Source: Capsulimonadaceae bacterium (GTDB taxonomy: Bacteria > Armatimonadota > Armatimonadia > Armatimonadales > Capsulimonadaceae). Taken from it: DNA of 64,000 nucleotides. The notes beneath the pieces are model-generated. The model was not told where the DNA came from. It worked only from the letters and a program-made list of their open reading frames with translations, and made no database searches. The number at the start of each line of letters is the position of its first letter. Position 1 is the first letter of the stretch. A program made the translations under genes and the position numbers. Below are positions 9,838 to 18,465 of the stretch, piece after piece. Where the stretch lies: the NCBI GenBank assembly GCA_965215505.1, contig OZ244065.1, positions 3,616,001 through 3,680,000 on the forward strand, written 5' to 3'.

Positions 9838-10305
9838 TCATGGCACTATCGTACCAGACTCTTCCGGCGTCTGGTGGACCGCCCTGACCCAGTCCCACGC
9901 GGGGTCCGTCGCCAGGCGGATGAAGGCCACCTGCCCGGCGTGGTAGCTGTCCTCGCTGGAGAGGCCCGCCAGGACGCTCCCCAGGGCGAGGCCGTTCGGG
10001 AACGGCGAGTCCATCGCTGCGTCCGCGTACTGCTCGCGGAACCCGCCGCCGAAGCGTTGGCCGGCCTCCTGCATCAGCCGCTGCACGGCGGCGACATCGG
10101 GCGTGGCCGTCTTCAGTGCCGCCCGCAGCGGCGTCTCGCCGGGGGAGAACAGGTCCGCCCAGTGCAGCAGTATCTCCCGGATGGACCGGCAGGCGGGGAA
10201 CGGCTTCCAGTCCCACTGCTCCTCCCGCATCCCGTTCAGGTGGGCGCGGAAGGACCGCTGGGAGCGGTAGAAGTTGTCCAGGATTTCGTCTAAGCCTACT
10301 GCCAT
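9838..10305 (-). CDS. DinB family protein
   Basis: WKPFPACRSIREILLH and YHAGQV motifs. Confidence 0.8.
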   Translation of the reverse strand: MAVGLDEILDNFYRSQRSFRAHLNGMREEQWDWKPFPACRSIREILLHWADLFSPGETPLRAALKTATPDVAAVQRLMQEAGQRFGGGFREQYADAAMDSPFPNGLALGSVLAGLSSEDSYHAGQVAFIRLATDPAWDWVRAVHQTPEESGTIVP

Positions 10306-10364
10306 TGATATGCCTCCCTCGCGGCCGAAACCACAACGGGTACTTTTGCGGGGCCGGGCGCGGC

Positions 10365-10790
10365 CTACTTTATGACGGGATTTGGGCGGGCGGATTGCGA
10401 AGGGAGCGAACGACTTGCCCTGACCTTTTGCAGCGGGTAGCGGGCGATCAGCACGTCGGCGCTCAGGTTGAAGTGGGAATGCAGCCGGCGTATCATCGTC
10501 ATCGTGAGTGGCCGCCGTCCGTCCAAGACTTCGCCGACGCGCCCGGCGGGGCCGAGGATCGGTTCCAGGTCGCGGCGCGAGAGGCCGCGCTTTTCCATCT
10601 CGTATTCGATGGCCGCGAGGGGGCTTGGCGGGGCGATGGGGCAGTGCTTGGCTTCGTAAGCCTCAACGAGTGTCGCCAGGACGTCCAACCGGTCGAAGTC
10701 CTCCGTCCCTTCGTGCGCGTTGAAAAGGCGGTTGATCTCCGAAAGGGCGGCTTTGTAGTCTTCTTCGGTCTTGATAGGCTTGATGGTCAT
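10365..10790 (-). CDS. higA: HigA-type antitoxin, HTH regulator
   Basis: IKPIKTEEDYKAAL..LDVLATLVEAYE..P, C-terminal HTH. Confidence 0.85.
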   Translation of the reverse strand: MTIKPIKTEEDYKAALSEINRLFNAHEGTEDFDRLDVLATLVEAYEAKHCPIAPPSPLAAIEYEMEKRGLSRRDLEPILGPAGRVGEVLDGRRPLTMTMIRRLHSHFNLSADVLIARYPLQKVRASRSLPSQSARPNPVIK

Positions 10791-10810
10791 GGCGGCCCTT
10801 CCTGGGAACA

Positions 10811-11114
10811 TCATCCCAGTTCCACGGTTTCGGCATCCACTCTGTCATACTCGGCGTGGGTGCCGACGAACTTGATGAGGATGATCTGGGCGCGGTAAGA
10901 CACCGCCACGATCAGGCGGTAGTCGTTACCCTTGACGCTGAACACGATGCGGTTGTTGTCGAGGATGCTGGCATTGCCGTAGTCAGTCTTGACATCATGC
11001 GGCGTCTTCCACTCCGCCTTCTGTGCATCCGCCAGCCAAGCCCGCAGCGGCTCCTCTGCGTCGGCATGGCGGCTCCAGTAACGCGCGCAGGGGTGGGACA
11101 GCGATCACTCTCAT
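10811..11114 (-). pseudogene. higB: HigB toxin with +1 frameshift
   Basis: MRVIAVPPLRA, one extra T near 11080, then YWSRHADAEEPLRAW..RIVFSVKGNDYRLIV..FVGTHAEYDRVDA; span 304 bp = 3n+1. Confidence 0.8.
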
Positions 11115-11191
11115 CCAGAAGCTCCTCCCGATGGCGCGGAGGTACGCTGCCCGATCTGGAAATGATTGTACCTCGTTTCAGCCGAATTGCC

Positions 11192-11821
11192 TTACCCCAC
11201 CCCCGCCCGGCACAGGGCACACAGCGGCATCGTTTCGGCCTCGGCGCCCTCAGACCCGCCGGGGGCGGCCAGCGCGCCGCAGCGGGCGCAGGGGGACCAG
11301 CCGCGGCGGCGTTTCCACTCGTCGGCGCGGGCGGCGTGGAGCATGACGGCGCGGATGCGCCCGCGCAGGGAGTCCTCGGTGATGGCGGCGAGGGCCGTTT
11401 CGATCCGCAGGCTCGCTTCCCTCGGGAGCGTGATGCGGGCCAGCTCCTGGGCGGTCGGGGTTGCCGGGGCGGCGGCGGGCGGCTTCTTCTTGTCGCGGGC
11501 CAGCCCGGAAGCCTTGAAGTGGATGTCGGTCAGGACGCGCCCGCCCAGCTTGCTGTTCAGGCGGCGCAGCATGTCCTCTTTGAGCAAAGTCAGCTCGTTG
11601 GCCCACACGCTGTTCTTGACGCGCACGAACAGGACGCCGTCGCGCACCGACTCGACCTGGGTGACGCCCGCCACCTGGGGGCCGACGACGCCGACCCAGT
11701 GGACTTTCGCCAGGTGGGGGCGGAGCATCTGCGCGATCTCCTGCGACTGCAAGAAGCCGCTGACGGCGCTTGACGCCGGTGCCATCCCGCGCGTCCTCCG
11801 GGGGGCTTGCGGATCTCTCAT
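11192..11821 (-). CDS. DUF721/DciA family protein with C-terminal Zn ribbon
   Basis: WVGVVGPQVAGVT, GVLFVRVKNSVWANEL; CARC..CALC; ATGA-coupled to recF stop. Confidence 0.8.
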   Translation of the reverse strand: MRDPQAPRRTRGMAPASSAVSGFLQSQEIAQMLRPHLAKVHWVGVVGPQVAGVTQVESVRDGVLFVRVKNSVWANELTLLKEDMLRRLNSKLGGRVLTDIHFKASGLARDKKKPPAAAPATPTAQELARITLPREASLRIETALAAITEDSLRGRIRAVMLHAARADEWKRRRGWSPCARCGALAAPGGSEGAEAETMPLCALCRAGVG

Positions 11822-12948
11822 TGCTTGGTGACCTCCCCGTCGGTGACGGAGTAGACGGCGGCGCGCTCCAGAACGGCGGGCGAGAAGGCGCGCAGGTTGG
11901 TACACGAGAGGAAGGTCTGCGACCCGGCCCGCGCGGTCAGGTCGAACAGCAGGCCGCGCCGGGCGTCGTCGAGGTCCGAAAGCACGTCGTCCAGCAGCAG
12001 CAGGGGCGGCTCGCCGACCAGCTCTTCTATCAGTTGCCGCTCGGCGAGTTTCAGGGACAGGGCGACGGTCCGCTGCTGGCCCTGCGACCCGAACAGGCGG
12101 CAGTCCTGGCCATTGACCAGGAAGGCGATGTCGTCGCGCTGCGGCCCGCGCACGGTGACGCCGCGCGCCGCCTCCTCCCCGGCGACGGAGGCGAGTTCTT
12201 CCAGGAACCGGCCCTGGATGGCGGACGCTTCGGTCAGGCCGTCAATCGGGAACGACGGCAGGTAGGTGACTTGCAGCTCGTCGCGCTGGTCGCTCAGGGT
12301 CCGGTGCGTCTCGGAGGCGAGCTGGGCCAGCCGTTCCAGGAACAGCCGGCGGCGCTCGACCAGCCGCGCCCCGTGCTGGGCCAGGCCCTCGTTCCAGGCC
12401 GGCAGGCTCTCGCGGGCCGCGCCGGAGATGCGCCCGTCGCGCAGGTCGCGCAGGAGCCGGTTGCGCTGCTCCAGAGTCTTGCGGTAGGACCCGAGGGCGA
12501 GGACGTAGCGCGGGGAGGTCTGGGCGATCTCCAGGTCCAGGAACCGGCGGCGGATCGCCGGCTCGCCCCGGATGATCTCCAGGTCGCCGCTGTCAAAGAG
12601 AACGGCGTTGAGCTGCCCGATGACCTCCGAAAGCCGCGTGTGCTTGACGCCGTTGATCCGGGCGGCCTTCTTCTCGGTCTGGGACAGCGTCATCTCGACC
12701 TCGATGTCGCTGGTCTTCTCCCGGACGACGTCGGCGGTGATCCGGGCGGCGGGCGTGCCGAATCGGACCAGCTCGACGTCCTTGCCGGCCCGCGACGACT
12801 TGCTGGTCGCCAGGATGTAGAGGCTTTCCAGCAGGTTGCTCTTGCCCTGGGCGTTGCGCCCGACAAAGATGTTCAGGCCCTCCCCCGGCTCGATGCGGAG
12901 CGTCCCGTAATTCCGAAAGTTGTCCAGTTTGAGCGATGTGACGTGCAT
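11818..12948 (-). CDS. recF: DNA replication/repair protein RecF
   Basis: LDNFRNY, GRNAQGKSNLLE, GSQGQQR, LLLDDVLSDLD. Confidence 0.97.
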   Translation of the reverse strand: MHVTSLKLDNFRNYGTLRIEPGEGLNIFVGRNAQGKSNLLESLYILATSKSSRAGKDVELVRFGTPAARITADVVREKTSDIEVEMTLSQTEKKAARINGVKHTRLSEVIGQLNAVLFDSGDLEIIRGEPAIRRRFLDLEIAQTSPRYVLALGSYRKTLEQRNRLLRDLRDGRISGAARESLPAWNEGLAQHGARLVERRRLFLERLAQLASETHRTLSDQRDELQVTYLPSFPIDGLTEASAIQGRFLEELASVAGEEAARGVTVRGPQRDDIAFLVNGQDCRLFGSQGQQRTVALSLKLAERQLIEELVGEPPLLLLDDVLSDLDDARRGLLFDLTARAGSQTFLSCTNLRAFSPAVLERAAVYSVTDGEVTKQ

Positions 12949-12961
12949 GGCGCGTGACTCT

Positions 12962-13429
12962 TCTATTCTTAGCATAAGAGTCTAAATTCTTAGTAGTGAT
13001 AGTAGTAGGTGTGTGACTCACATGTGACTCAACGAATCCCGGCGGGGCCGATGTGCCCGGATCGCCCGGTTTTTGCCAGATTCCCGCGAGTCTCCCCAGG
13101 CGGTTTGACGACCTGGGGCTGGAATCGCTTAATTCCGAGAGTCACGCTGAGTCACAGTCGCCTGTGACTCAACTGTGACTCAACTGTGACTCAAGGCCGG
13201 ATTTTGTGACTCTGTGACTCTCGCGGATTCGTTAAGTCACAAAAGGTGGTCGTTGAGTCACACTATGTCACACTGAGTCACAGGTTGAGTCACAGGCTCT
13301 CGGCCCTAACCCCGGCGCTCGCGCCGGGGTTAGGGCCGAAACGACACGGCCTCGTGTTCTGTCACAGTGTCACACCTTCTGTCACACCTGTGACACAAGG
13401 CGCTTTTGTGTGACACAGCCTGTGACACT
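12962..13429. other. oriC: Putative replication origin (oriC) with non-canonical TGAGTCACA boxes
   Basis: Intergenic region immediately downstream of dnaA; ~19 GTCACA/TGTGAC cores, 9 perfect TGAGTCACA; TAG trios at 12991-13008; AT-rich 12962-12990. Confidence 0.75.
13300..13339. terminator. Perfect 19-bp stem hairpin downstream of dnaA
   Basis: TCGGCCCTAACCCCGGCGC-TC-GCGCCGGGGTTAGGGCCGA; no clear U-tract. Confidence 0.45.
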
Positions 13430-15176
13430 ACCCGCCCCGCTCGATCTCCTGCCGGATTCTGCCGATCAAGGACAGTATCTGCGGGTCCTCCTCGATCTCC
13501 TTCTGGAGACGCACGGCGGCGTGGACGATGGCCGTGTGACTCTTCAGGCCGAACGTCGCCGCAAGTGCGGACAGCGGCACGCCGCCCAGTTCTTTCGTCA
13601 GGTACATCGCCACCTGGCGCGCGAACCCGGCGTCGCCGTGCAAGCGCGTCGCCCGGTTGCTGCGCCCGCCGCCGGCCAGGATCTGGTCCCGCGAGACGCC
13701 CATCTGCGAGGCGACCGCGTCAATGATCCGGTCCACCGTCGGCCCGCCCGCGCTCATCGGCAGGCGCGGCGGCAGGACGAAGTCGCCATTGGTCGGCGGC
13801 GCGTGGTCCTCGGGATGAGCAGACGCCGACTCGCGTCCAAACCCTTCGCGCGGCGGCATCTGTTTGACGTAGTAGCTGCTCAGGACGTCTGAGGCGAGCT
13901 GCTTGGTGACGGGGCTGCGGGCCAGCGAGGCGTAGGCCATCAGCTTGATCAGGGCGCCCTCCAGGGAGCGGATGTTGCTCTGGATGAGGTTCGCCATGAA
14001 GGTGATCACGTCGTCGGGGATCGCCAGGTTCTCCAGAATGGCTTTGCGCTGGAGGATCGCCTCCCGCATCTCGAGTTCCGGCGGGGCGATGTCGGCGACC
14101 AGGCCGCACTCGAAGCGCGACTGGAGCCGCTCGTCCATCGCCTTCAGCTCGCGCGGCGAGCGGTCGCTGGTCAGGACGATCTGCTTGTTCATCTGGTGCA
14201 GGACGTTGAAGGTGTGGAAGAACTCTTCTTTGGTCTGCTCCTTGGAGGCCAGCATCTGGACATCATCCACCAGCCACACGTCCACGCTGCGGTAGGCCCG
14301 CCGGAAGTCCTCCATCTTCTTGTCGCGCAGGGCGGCCACATAGTGGTTCGTGAAGGTCTCCCCGCTGACGTAGGCCACGCGCGCCTGCGGCAGCATCAGG
14401 CGGATCTGGTGGCCGATGGCGTGAGCTAAATGAGTCTTTCCAAGACCTGGGCTGCCGTACAAGAACAGTGGATTATACGTCTTGCCGGGCGACTGCGCGA
14501 CGGCGACCGCGCCGGCCTGGGCGAGCCGGTTGGACTTGCCGACGACGAAGTTGTCGAAGGTGTAGCGCGGGTTGAGCGGCGAGGCGATCAGCTCATTGGT
14601 GAGCTGGCTGCGGACGCCGCGCCCGATGCTGCCGCCGCTGCCGCCCGCGTCCGACCCATCGGGGACCAGGGCGAGTTCGGACTGCCCGGCGGGGACCGGC
14701 AAGAGCGACTCGGGCGAGGGGGCGGGCCGGGCCAGCGGCGCGGCGGCCTGCTGCAACGGCAATGGCTGTTCGCCGAGGAGCGGCTGGACGTCGGGCGTCG
14801 AGATGACGAACCGGACCTGGACGGCGGGGATGTCCAGGAACTGCGCCAGGTGCAGGGCCAGGGTCTGGGCGTACTTGGCCTCGACGAAGGTCCGGGCGAA
14901 CGACGACGGGGCACCCAGGACGACGACCGGCAGGCTGCCGGCGGAGGGCGGGCTGTAGGAGAGCGGCTTGAGCGGGCGGAGCCAGTTGCCGATGGTCTGG
15001 GGGGTGGCCGACCCGGCCAGGGCGCGCAGGGTCCGCTCCCAGGCCTTGCGGAGCGCGGTCAGGCCCTCCTCCTCGCCCAGTTCCAGCTGCTGGTCCCGAA
15101 AAGACTGGTCTTTGAAAGACTGGTCTTTGAGGGGCTGGTCGGAGGCGTCGTCGCTGGGTGTCGGGTGGCTGCTCAC
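13428..15176 (-). CDS. dnaA: Chromosomal replication initiator DnaA
   Basis: LNPRYTFDNFVVGKSN, YNPLFLYGSPGLGKTHL, LVDDVQ, EEFFHTFN, RLQSRF, NIRSLEGAL, ARQVAMYL; GTG 15176 has AGGAAA RBS (alternative TTG 15209). Confidence 0.95.
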   Translation of the reverse strand: MSSHPTPSDDASDQPLKDQSFKDQSFRDQQLELGEEEGLTALRKAWERTLRALAGSATPQTIGNWLRPLKPLSYSPPSAGSLPVVVLGAPSSFARTFVEAKYAQTLALHLAQFLDIPAVQVRFVISTPDVQPLLGEQPLPLQQAAAPLARPAPSPESLLPVPAGQSELALVPDGSDAGGSGGSIGRGVRSQLTNELIASPLNPRYTFDNFVVGKSNRLAQAGAVAVAQSPGKTYNPLFLYGSPGLGKTHLAHAIGHQIRLMLPQARVAYVSGETFTNHYVAALRDKKMEDFRRAYRSVDVWLVDDVQMLASKEQTKEEFFHTFNVLHQMNKQIVLTSDRSPRELKAMDERLQSRFECGLVADIAPPELEMREAILQRKAILENLAIPDDVITFMANLIQSNIRSLEGALIKLMAYASLARSPVTKQLASDVLSSYYVKQMPPREGFGRESASAHPEDHAPPTNGDFVLPPRLPMSAGGPTVDRIIDAVASQMGVSRDQILAGGGRSNRATRLHGDAGFARQVAMYLTKELGGVPLSALAATFGLKSHTAIVHAAVRLQKEIEEDPQILSLIGRIRQEIERGG

Positions 15177-15349
15177 GGGTTTCCTGGGAAGACAAGAGTG
15201 GGAAGACAATAGAAGGAGGCGGCCATTTCGATCCCGAAATCGCCGCCCCGTCGCCGTCCATTATACCGCATATCCCGCCGCCCGGCAAGCCGATTTTTCC
15301 GCCCGCCTGCTTTGGTCTCGTGCGCTTGACGCCTGCGGGAATATGGCCC

Positions 15350-16306
15350 ATGATGCTCCCCATGGACACTTTCCCACGCGAAGACGGCGCGCTGATCGCG
15401 CTGCACGAGGCGACGGCGGGCGGGGTGGCGCTCGGCTCCCGGCCGGCGGTCCCGCCCGGCTATGCCGGGGTCGTCGTCAAGGACGGCAGGCCGCTGGACA
15501 TCCTGCCGCTGGACGTCCTGCCGCCCGACGACCATCTGCTCGAACCCGCCCTGCTGCCGGGCCTGACCCAGAAACTCAAGCCGCGCTTCGTGGCGGCGCA
15601 GGACCCCGGCGGGGCGGCCCTGCCCGCCGTCATCTTCCTGGTGCCGGTGGGGGTGCCCGCCTCACTTCCCTAAGGGCGCTGCACGGTCCAGGTCGTGGAC
15701 CCAGGCCGCTTCTGCGCCGCCGTCTTCGCGGCGGGGGCCAAAGCTTTATCGTCGGGGGAGGCGTCGCCGGCACAGGTCGCATCCGCGTTCCTGCGCGGCG
15801 GGGTGGGGGGACGGGCGGGCGAGGCGGTGTCGGCGATGGACCTGCCGCCCGACCAGGCCGCCCGAGCGGGCGAGGCGATCCGGGCCTCGGCGGGCCGGGC
15901 GGGGGCGGCGTGGCTCTCGGGCGTTGGGGCGGCGTGTACGTCCTTCGACGTGGACTCCGTGACCGAGCCGGACCGGACTCCTTGCGCCGGTTGCGGCTCT
16001 CAGGTTGCGCTGACCGGCTACGGCGTCTTCCACCGTAACATCAGCCTGCTCTACCGGCGGTTCACGGCCCGGAAGGAGGGCAACTTCTGTACCCCTTGCG
16101 CCTGGAAGATCAGCGCGGGCTACAACGGCGTGATGCTCGTTTTGGGCTGGTGGGGTCTGATCGGGCTGGTCCTGACGCTGGTATATTTCGTGCAGAACCT
16201 GTACAACCTGACCTGGATCGTCTCGGGGCCGAAGGCCGCAGCGAGGTCGGTGCAGGCCGCCGTCCTGGACGAGGGCGTCTGGCCGCCCCCGCCGAGAGTC
16301 TCGTAG
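15350..16306 (+). pseudogene. SPFH/band-7-like membrane protein interrupted by in-frame TAA (15671-15673)
   Basis: ORFs 15350-15673 and 15695-16306 share one frame; GVVVKDGRPLDIL and GRCTVQVVDP resemble YdjI-type SPFH; C-terminal CxxC..CxxC plus TM. Confidence 0.5.
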
Positions 16307-16343
16307 GAGGGCCGGGGCTGTGGAAGGCCCCGGCACTCGTGTC

Positions 16344-16910
16344 TCAGGCCCCGGCCACCGCGCGCGCGGCGGCCAGGACGGCGTCGTAGTCCGGCTCGCT
16401 GGCGATCTCGGGGACGGTCTGGACGTAGCGGACGACCCCGTCCTTGTCGGCGAGGTAGATGGAGCGCGACAGCAGGCCGAGTTCCTTGATCTGCGCCCCG
16501 AAGGCCTCGCCGACCGTCCGGTCCTTGTGGTCGGAGAGCATCTGGATGTTGTCCACGCCCTCCGCCTTCGCCCACCGGGCCTGGGCGAACGGCGTGTCGG
16601 CGCTCATCGTCACGACCTTGATCTTGTCGGCGGGCAGGTTTGCCACCTGGCGGTTGAACTTCCCGGTTTCCATGGCGCAGACGCTGGTGTCTATGGAGGG
16701 GATCAGGATCATCAGGACCGCCTTCGTGCCGCCCTCGCTCAGATCGTCCCAGCCGACCGTCTGGAGCTTGTCGGCGGTCTGGACCTGGAAGTCGGGGACC
16801 CTGTCGCCGACCTTCAGCTCTTTACCCACCAGGGTCAGGGGGTTGCCCTGCATCGTGATCGCGCCGGGGCGCTCGGTCTGCGAAGCGGTCGTCTGTGAAA
16901 CCATCGTCAT
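16344..16910 (-). CDS. tpx: Thiol peroxidase (Tpx family)
   Basis: GNPLTLVG, PSIDTSVC, SADTPFAQARW, EPDYD. Confidence 0.9.
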   Translation of the reverse strand: MTMVSQTTASQTERPGAITMQGNPLTLVGKELKVGDRVPDFQVQTADKLQTVGWDDLSEGGTKAVLMILIPSIDTSVCAMETGKFNRQVANLPADKIKVVTMSADTPFAQARWAKAEGVDNIQMLSDHKDRTVGEAFGAQIKELGLLSRSIYLADKDGVVRYVQTVPEIASEPDYDAVLAAARAVAGA

Positions 16911-17000
16911 CGGTGTGTCTCCTTCAAGCAATGTGATCTTTGGTGCAGTATACCCGCCGTCAGAGGAGAACGCGCGCCGGGCGTCGTATAGGGGTGTACC

Positions 17001-17702
17001 ATGGTTAAATACGTCTTCTTTGACATCGGCGACGTGCTGTTCGACGAGAGCGCCCAGCACCAGTGGCTCTTCCACGACCTGTTGCTGACCCTGCGCGGGC
17101 ACGGCAAGGACGTCCTGTGGGACGACTTCGATGCCACCCGCAAGCGGCTGACGGCGGCCGGGCCGAACCCCGAAGCGGCCATCAAGGGGACCCTGGCCTT
17201 CTACTGCGCCAACGACTCCGAAACTGAGGTCCTGTGGCACGAGGCGCGCGACCTGTACCAGCAGATGCGGAAGCCGCGCCCCTACGGGCAGCTCTTGGAC
17301 GGCATCACGCCCGCGCTGGAGGACCTGGGCCGGGACTACAAGCTGGGCATCATCGCCAACCAGCACCCGCCGGTCAAAGAAGCCGTCGAGGCTTACGGCA
17401 TCGGCGGGCTGTTCGAGGTCATGGTCATCAGCGAGATCGTCCACCTCTTCAAGCCCGACCCGGCCATCTTCCGCGCGGGTCTGGACCAGGCGGGCATTAC
17501 GGGAGCCGAGGCCGTGTTCGTCGGCGACCGCCCCGACAACGACATCGGCCCGGCGAAGGCGGCGGGGATGAAGACGGTGCGATTCAAGCGCGGAATCCAG
17601 TATACTCTGTTCAACCCCGAAGACCCGGCCATGATCGCCGACGAGACCGTCACGGACGTGGCGGACCTCGCCGCGGCGGTGCGGCGGGCGGCGGCGGGAT
17701 GA
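17001..17702 (+). CDS. HAD-family hydrolase
   Basis: FFDIGDVL, KPDPAIF, FVGDRPDNDI. Confidence 0.9.
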   Translation: MVKYVFFDIGDVLFDESAQHQWLFHDLLLTLRGHGKDVLWDDFDATRKRLTAAGPNPEAAIKGTLAFYCANDSETEVLWHEARDLYQQMRKPRPYGQLLDGITPALEDLGRDYKLGIIANQHPPVKEAVEAYGIGGLFEVMVISEIVHLFKPDPAIFRAGLDQAGITGAEAVFVGDRPDNDIGPAKAAGMKTVRFKRGIQYTLFNPEDPAMIADETVTDVADLAAAVRRAAAG

Positions 17703-17728
17703 GTTAGGATGGGGATGGGACCAGTTAA

Positions 17729-17778
17729 GACGAGTGATTGAAATCACTCGCTGCCGCCGGACCTGTCCAGGGGACAGA
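17729..17778. repeat. Single arm of the GACGAGTGATT-AATCACTCG / TGTCCAGGGGACA element
   Basis: Matches arms of paired elements at 28999, 49680, 50957, 55862. Confidence 0.75.
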
Positions 17779-17889
17779 AGATGGCGTCTGTGTAGGGGCG
17801 CTGCTTGCTGCGCCCGCTTGCCTTCCGCGCCGGATTGTTCCGAGCCATGCAGCCTGCTGTGTCACCCCACGAAAGCAAGGACCGCGCTG

Positions 17890-18465
17890 ATGTTTGATGT
17901 TCGCTGCCTCATCCACTCCGAGCCGGGCGACGGCCACATCAACGAGGATGTCGTCGCCGTGCGCCCGCACCCCGGCAACGCCGATGTCGTGCTGTGTGCG
18001 CTCGCCGACGGGCAGGGCGGGCAGGCGGGCGGCGCGGCGGATGATGCGGTCCGCGAGGACGACGCGGCGGGGTATTGCAGCCTGGTCAGCCTGTGCCTCT
18101 CGGGGCAGGGGGTCTGGGGCGCGTCCTGCGGCGACGGCGGGGCGCTCCTCCTCAGCGGCGGCCGGGACATCTTGCTGACGGACGACCAGCGCAAAAACCC
18201 GCCGGTGGGATCGGGCGTCTCCTGCCCTGTGGCGTTCTCCGCCCGGCTCGCGCCGGGTTGGGTGCTGCTGGTGGTGTCGGACGGCGTCTGGAAGTACGTC
18301 GGCTGGGACCAGATCACCCGCATGGCCGCTCGGCATCAGGGGCCGGAACTGATTACCGCCCTGCGCCAAGCGGCTCTGGACGCCAGCGGCGGCAGCCTGC
18401 CGGACGACTTCAGCGTCGCGCTGCTGTACGACGGGGGAACACAGATGGAACAGAACGGATCGTAG
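17890..18465 (+). CDS. PP2C/SpoIIE-family phosphatase-like protein
   Basis: NED, ALADGQGG, CGD, VSDGVW, DDFSV motifs. Confidence 0.75.
   Translation: MFDVRCLIHSEPGDGHINEDVVAVRPHPGNADVVLCALADGQGGQAGGAADDAVREDDAAGYCSLVSLCLSGQGVWGASCGDGGALLLSGGRDILLTDDQRKNPPVGSGVSCPVAFSARLAPGWVLLVVSDGVWKYVGWDQITRMAARHQGPELITALRQAALDASGGSLPDDFSVALLYDGGTQMEQNGS

Noticed and set aside
13012-13429. CRISPR, plasmid iterons or CRP sites for the TGTGAC motifs
   Set aside because: 9-bp motifs in mixed orientation with irregular gaps, no Rep gene, and mostly not arranged as TGTGA-N6-TCACA; position and trios favour DnaA boxes.
13535-13543. TGTGACTCT inside dnaA
   Set aside because: Falls on the codons for K-S-H-T; cannot be distinguished from coding coincidence.
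17734-17889. N-terminal extensions of ORFs through repeats (also 25018-25173, 38971-39216, 50984-51160, 21149-21433)
   Set aside because: They translate REP-like or intergenic sequence; downstream ATGs fit the family N-termini better.
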